Below are positions 62,501 to 64,000 of a stretch of DNA of 64,000 nt, piece by piece. Position 1 is the stretch's first letter. The number at the start of each line of letters is the position of its first letter. The notes below the pieces were generated by a model. The model had not been told where the DNA came from and did not search any database. It saw only the letters and a list, made by a program, of their open reading frames with translations. Source of the DNA: Eledone cirrhosa (Eukaryota). Position numbers and translations under genes: made by a program. The stretch lies in the NCBI GenBank assembly GCA_964016885.1, contig OZ024742.1, positions 267,902,001 through 267,966,000 of the forward strand, read 5' to 3'.

Positions 62501-64000
62501 CTGATCTGTATGGTCGATCTAGATAAGATGCGTAGGTGAGGACCTGGTTAGTGGAAGCTGAACATGTCATTTCCAGCACGTAAGGCTTACAGGGACTGGG
62601 TCAACAATTTAGTTTTGCAAAAGTTGACAGCGGGGGTTGTCAACAACCGATGGTGTGCGGGCTCTCTCGAGAGAGATTAGAGTAATGTCGATAGGGTTTA
62701 GCAAAGAGGTAGGGTTAGAGAAAAATAGAAAGGAGTTGGAGCTGTTAGATAGGTTAGACGATGCTATTTGTAGTGGCATTACAACTGACATGTTAGCGGC
62801 GAGAATGGCATTAGATCATTTCTTCAATGCGAAACACGAAGGTTGCATTGTCAGAGCTAAGGCGCGTGCCTGAGAAATGAGGGAACCAAAGCTGTTCGAT
62901 GCGCCCGCGTGGCGGAGGCACAGAGTAGTGACAAAAACACAATTCAGTCTTTGACGGGCCGAGATGTACACGAGCTCAATGATTCCACCCTGATGTGTGA
63001 GGCCTTTCGCCAGCATTTTGCTCGGTTGTTCGGGGGAGGAAGTGGTGGGTCAGAGATGGTGGCGTACCTCGATGGCTTGCCGCAACTCTCGACGACCGAC
63101 GTTCAGCGCTGCGAAAGGCCGATAACTTCAGCCGAAATTCAGGATGCCTTGTCGGCTACACGATGCGCATTTCACCCGATTTGGATGGTCTGCCCTACGA
63201 GCTTTACGTAAATATGCCAGACTTGTTCTCCGATCTCCTCGAAGCGCTCTACTGCAACTGGCACCAGAACGGGAGTATTCCCAGTACTGTGAGCCGGGGA
63301 GTAGTGACGAGAAGAAGAGGGACACATTAGATAATTTCAGGGCCATAATTCTGCTCAACACAGAGGTTAAGATGTTGGCCAAGGTGTTAGCGAAGAGCTT
63401 CGCGCTTGTTGTCGAGAATGTGGTTGGTGAGGCTCAAACTTGCGCAATCCCGACCAGGTTCATACACGACAATCTCCTCCTCATGCGATACATCATAGAG
63501 AGAGTACGGTGTAAAGCTGGCTTCGGTGGGGATCTGATCAATTTAGATTAATCGAAAGCATTCGATAGGGTCGACCATCGGTACCTGGAGGTTGTCCTCA
63601 AGGCAACTGTCTTCGGCCCGTCTTCAGAAGCTGGATCGCTGCAATGCACAGCGGCATCTACTCGGTGGTCAAAGTTAATAGCCACCTCTAGGAACCGTTT
63701 CAGATCTCCCGATCAGTCCGTCAAGGGTGCCCTCTCACCCCCCTTCTGTATGTATTGATTCTCGAGCCTTTACTGCGGAAGATGGAGCTGTTGCAGGACA
63801 TCCTGCTCGAATCGGGACGCGGAAAGGCTGTTACGGATTATGCGGAGGACATCACCGTGAAGGTGACGGACAACTCGGAAATCGAGGTGGTCGGTAACTT
63901 ATTGGAGGAATACGAAAGGATGACGGGAGCAAAACTTAACTGGGAAAAGTCGGTGGGATTGCAACTCGGCACATGGAAAGGCAAGTCCATGCCGTCCAAC
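59577..64000 (+). mobile_element. Tx1 subfamily E (B-like), degraded, runs off the window
   Basis: Starts GGCTGTC after (TTA)n. ORF1 ATG 59804 (KDEKLAQAWKLI, like B). ORF2 ATG 61825 (SLNVRGL). RT motifs continue to the end of the window. Confidence 0.88.

Overview
Repeat-rich eukaryotic DNA, probably a coleoid cephalopod such as octopus. That assignment is inferred from the microsatellite load and SINE types and is not proven. No host gene is supportable. Bases 1-23.5 kb are AT-rich intergenic or intronic DNA containing microsatellites, tRNA-derived SINEs, an RTE-type LINE fragment with a twin-priming-type inversion, a MITE-like hairpin, and several Penelope-like (PLE) remnants with minimal hammerhead ribozyme motifs and long palindromes. 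From about 23.5 kb to the window end (over 40 kb) the sequence is an almost gap-free array of two unrelated non-LTR retrotransposon clades strung on (TTA)n/(TAA)n microsatellite spacers. Tx1/L1-type elements (CCHC ORF1 plus APE-RT-zinc finger ORF2, 4-5 subfamilies) all lie on the + strand with (TTA)n tails. R4/Dong-type elements (RT-CCHC-RLE) lie on the - strand with (TAA)n tails. One block of about 3 kb is inverted and creates an in-frame APE/RLE chimeric ORF. Notable extras are an AG|GTAAGT splice-donor motif 37-40 nt upstream of every Tx1 ORF2 start codon, a conserved 5'-UTR hairpin, and a SINE whose 3' tail resembles the Tx1 3' end. All calls come from reading motifs by eye; no database search was run.
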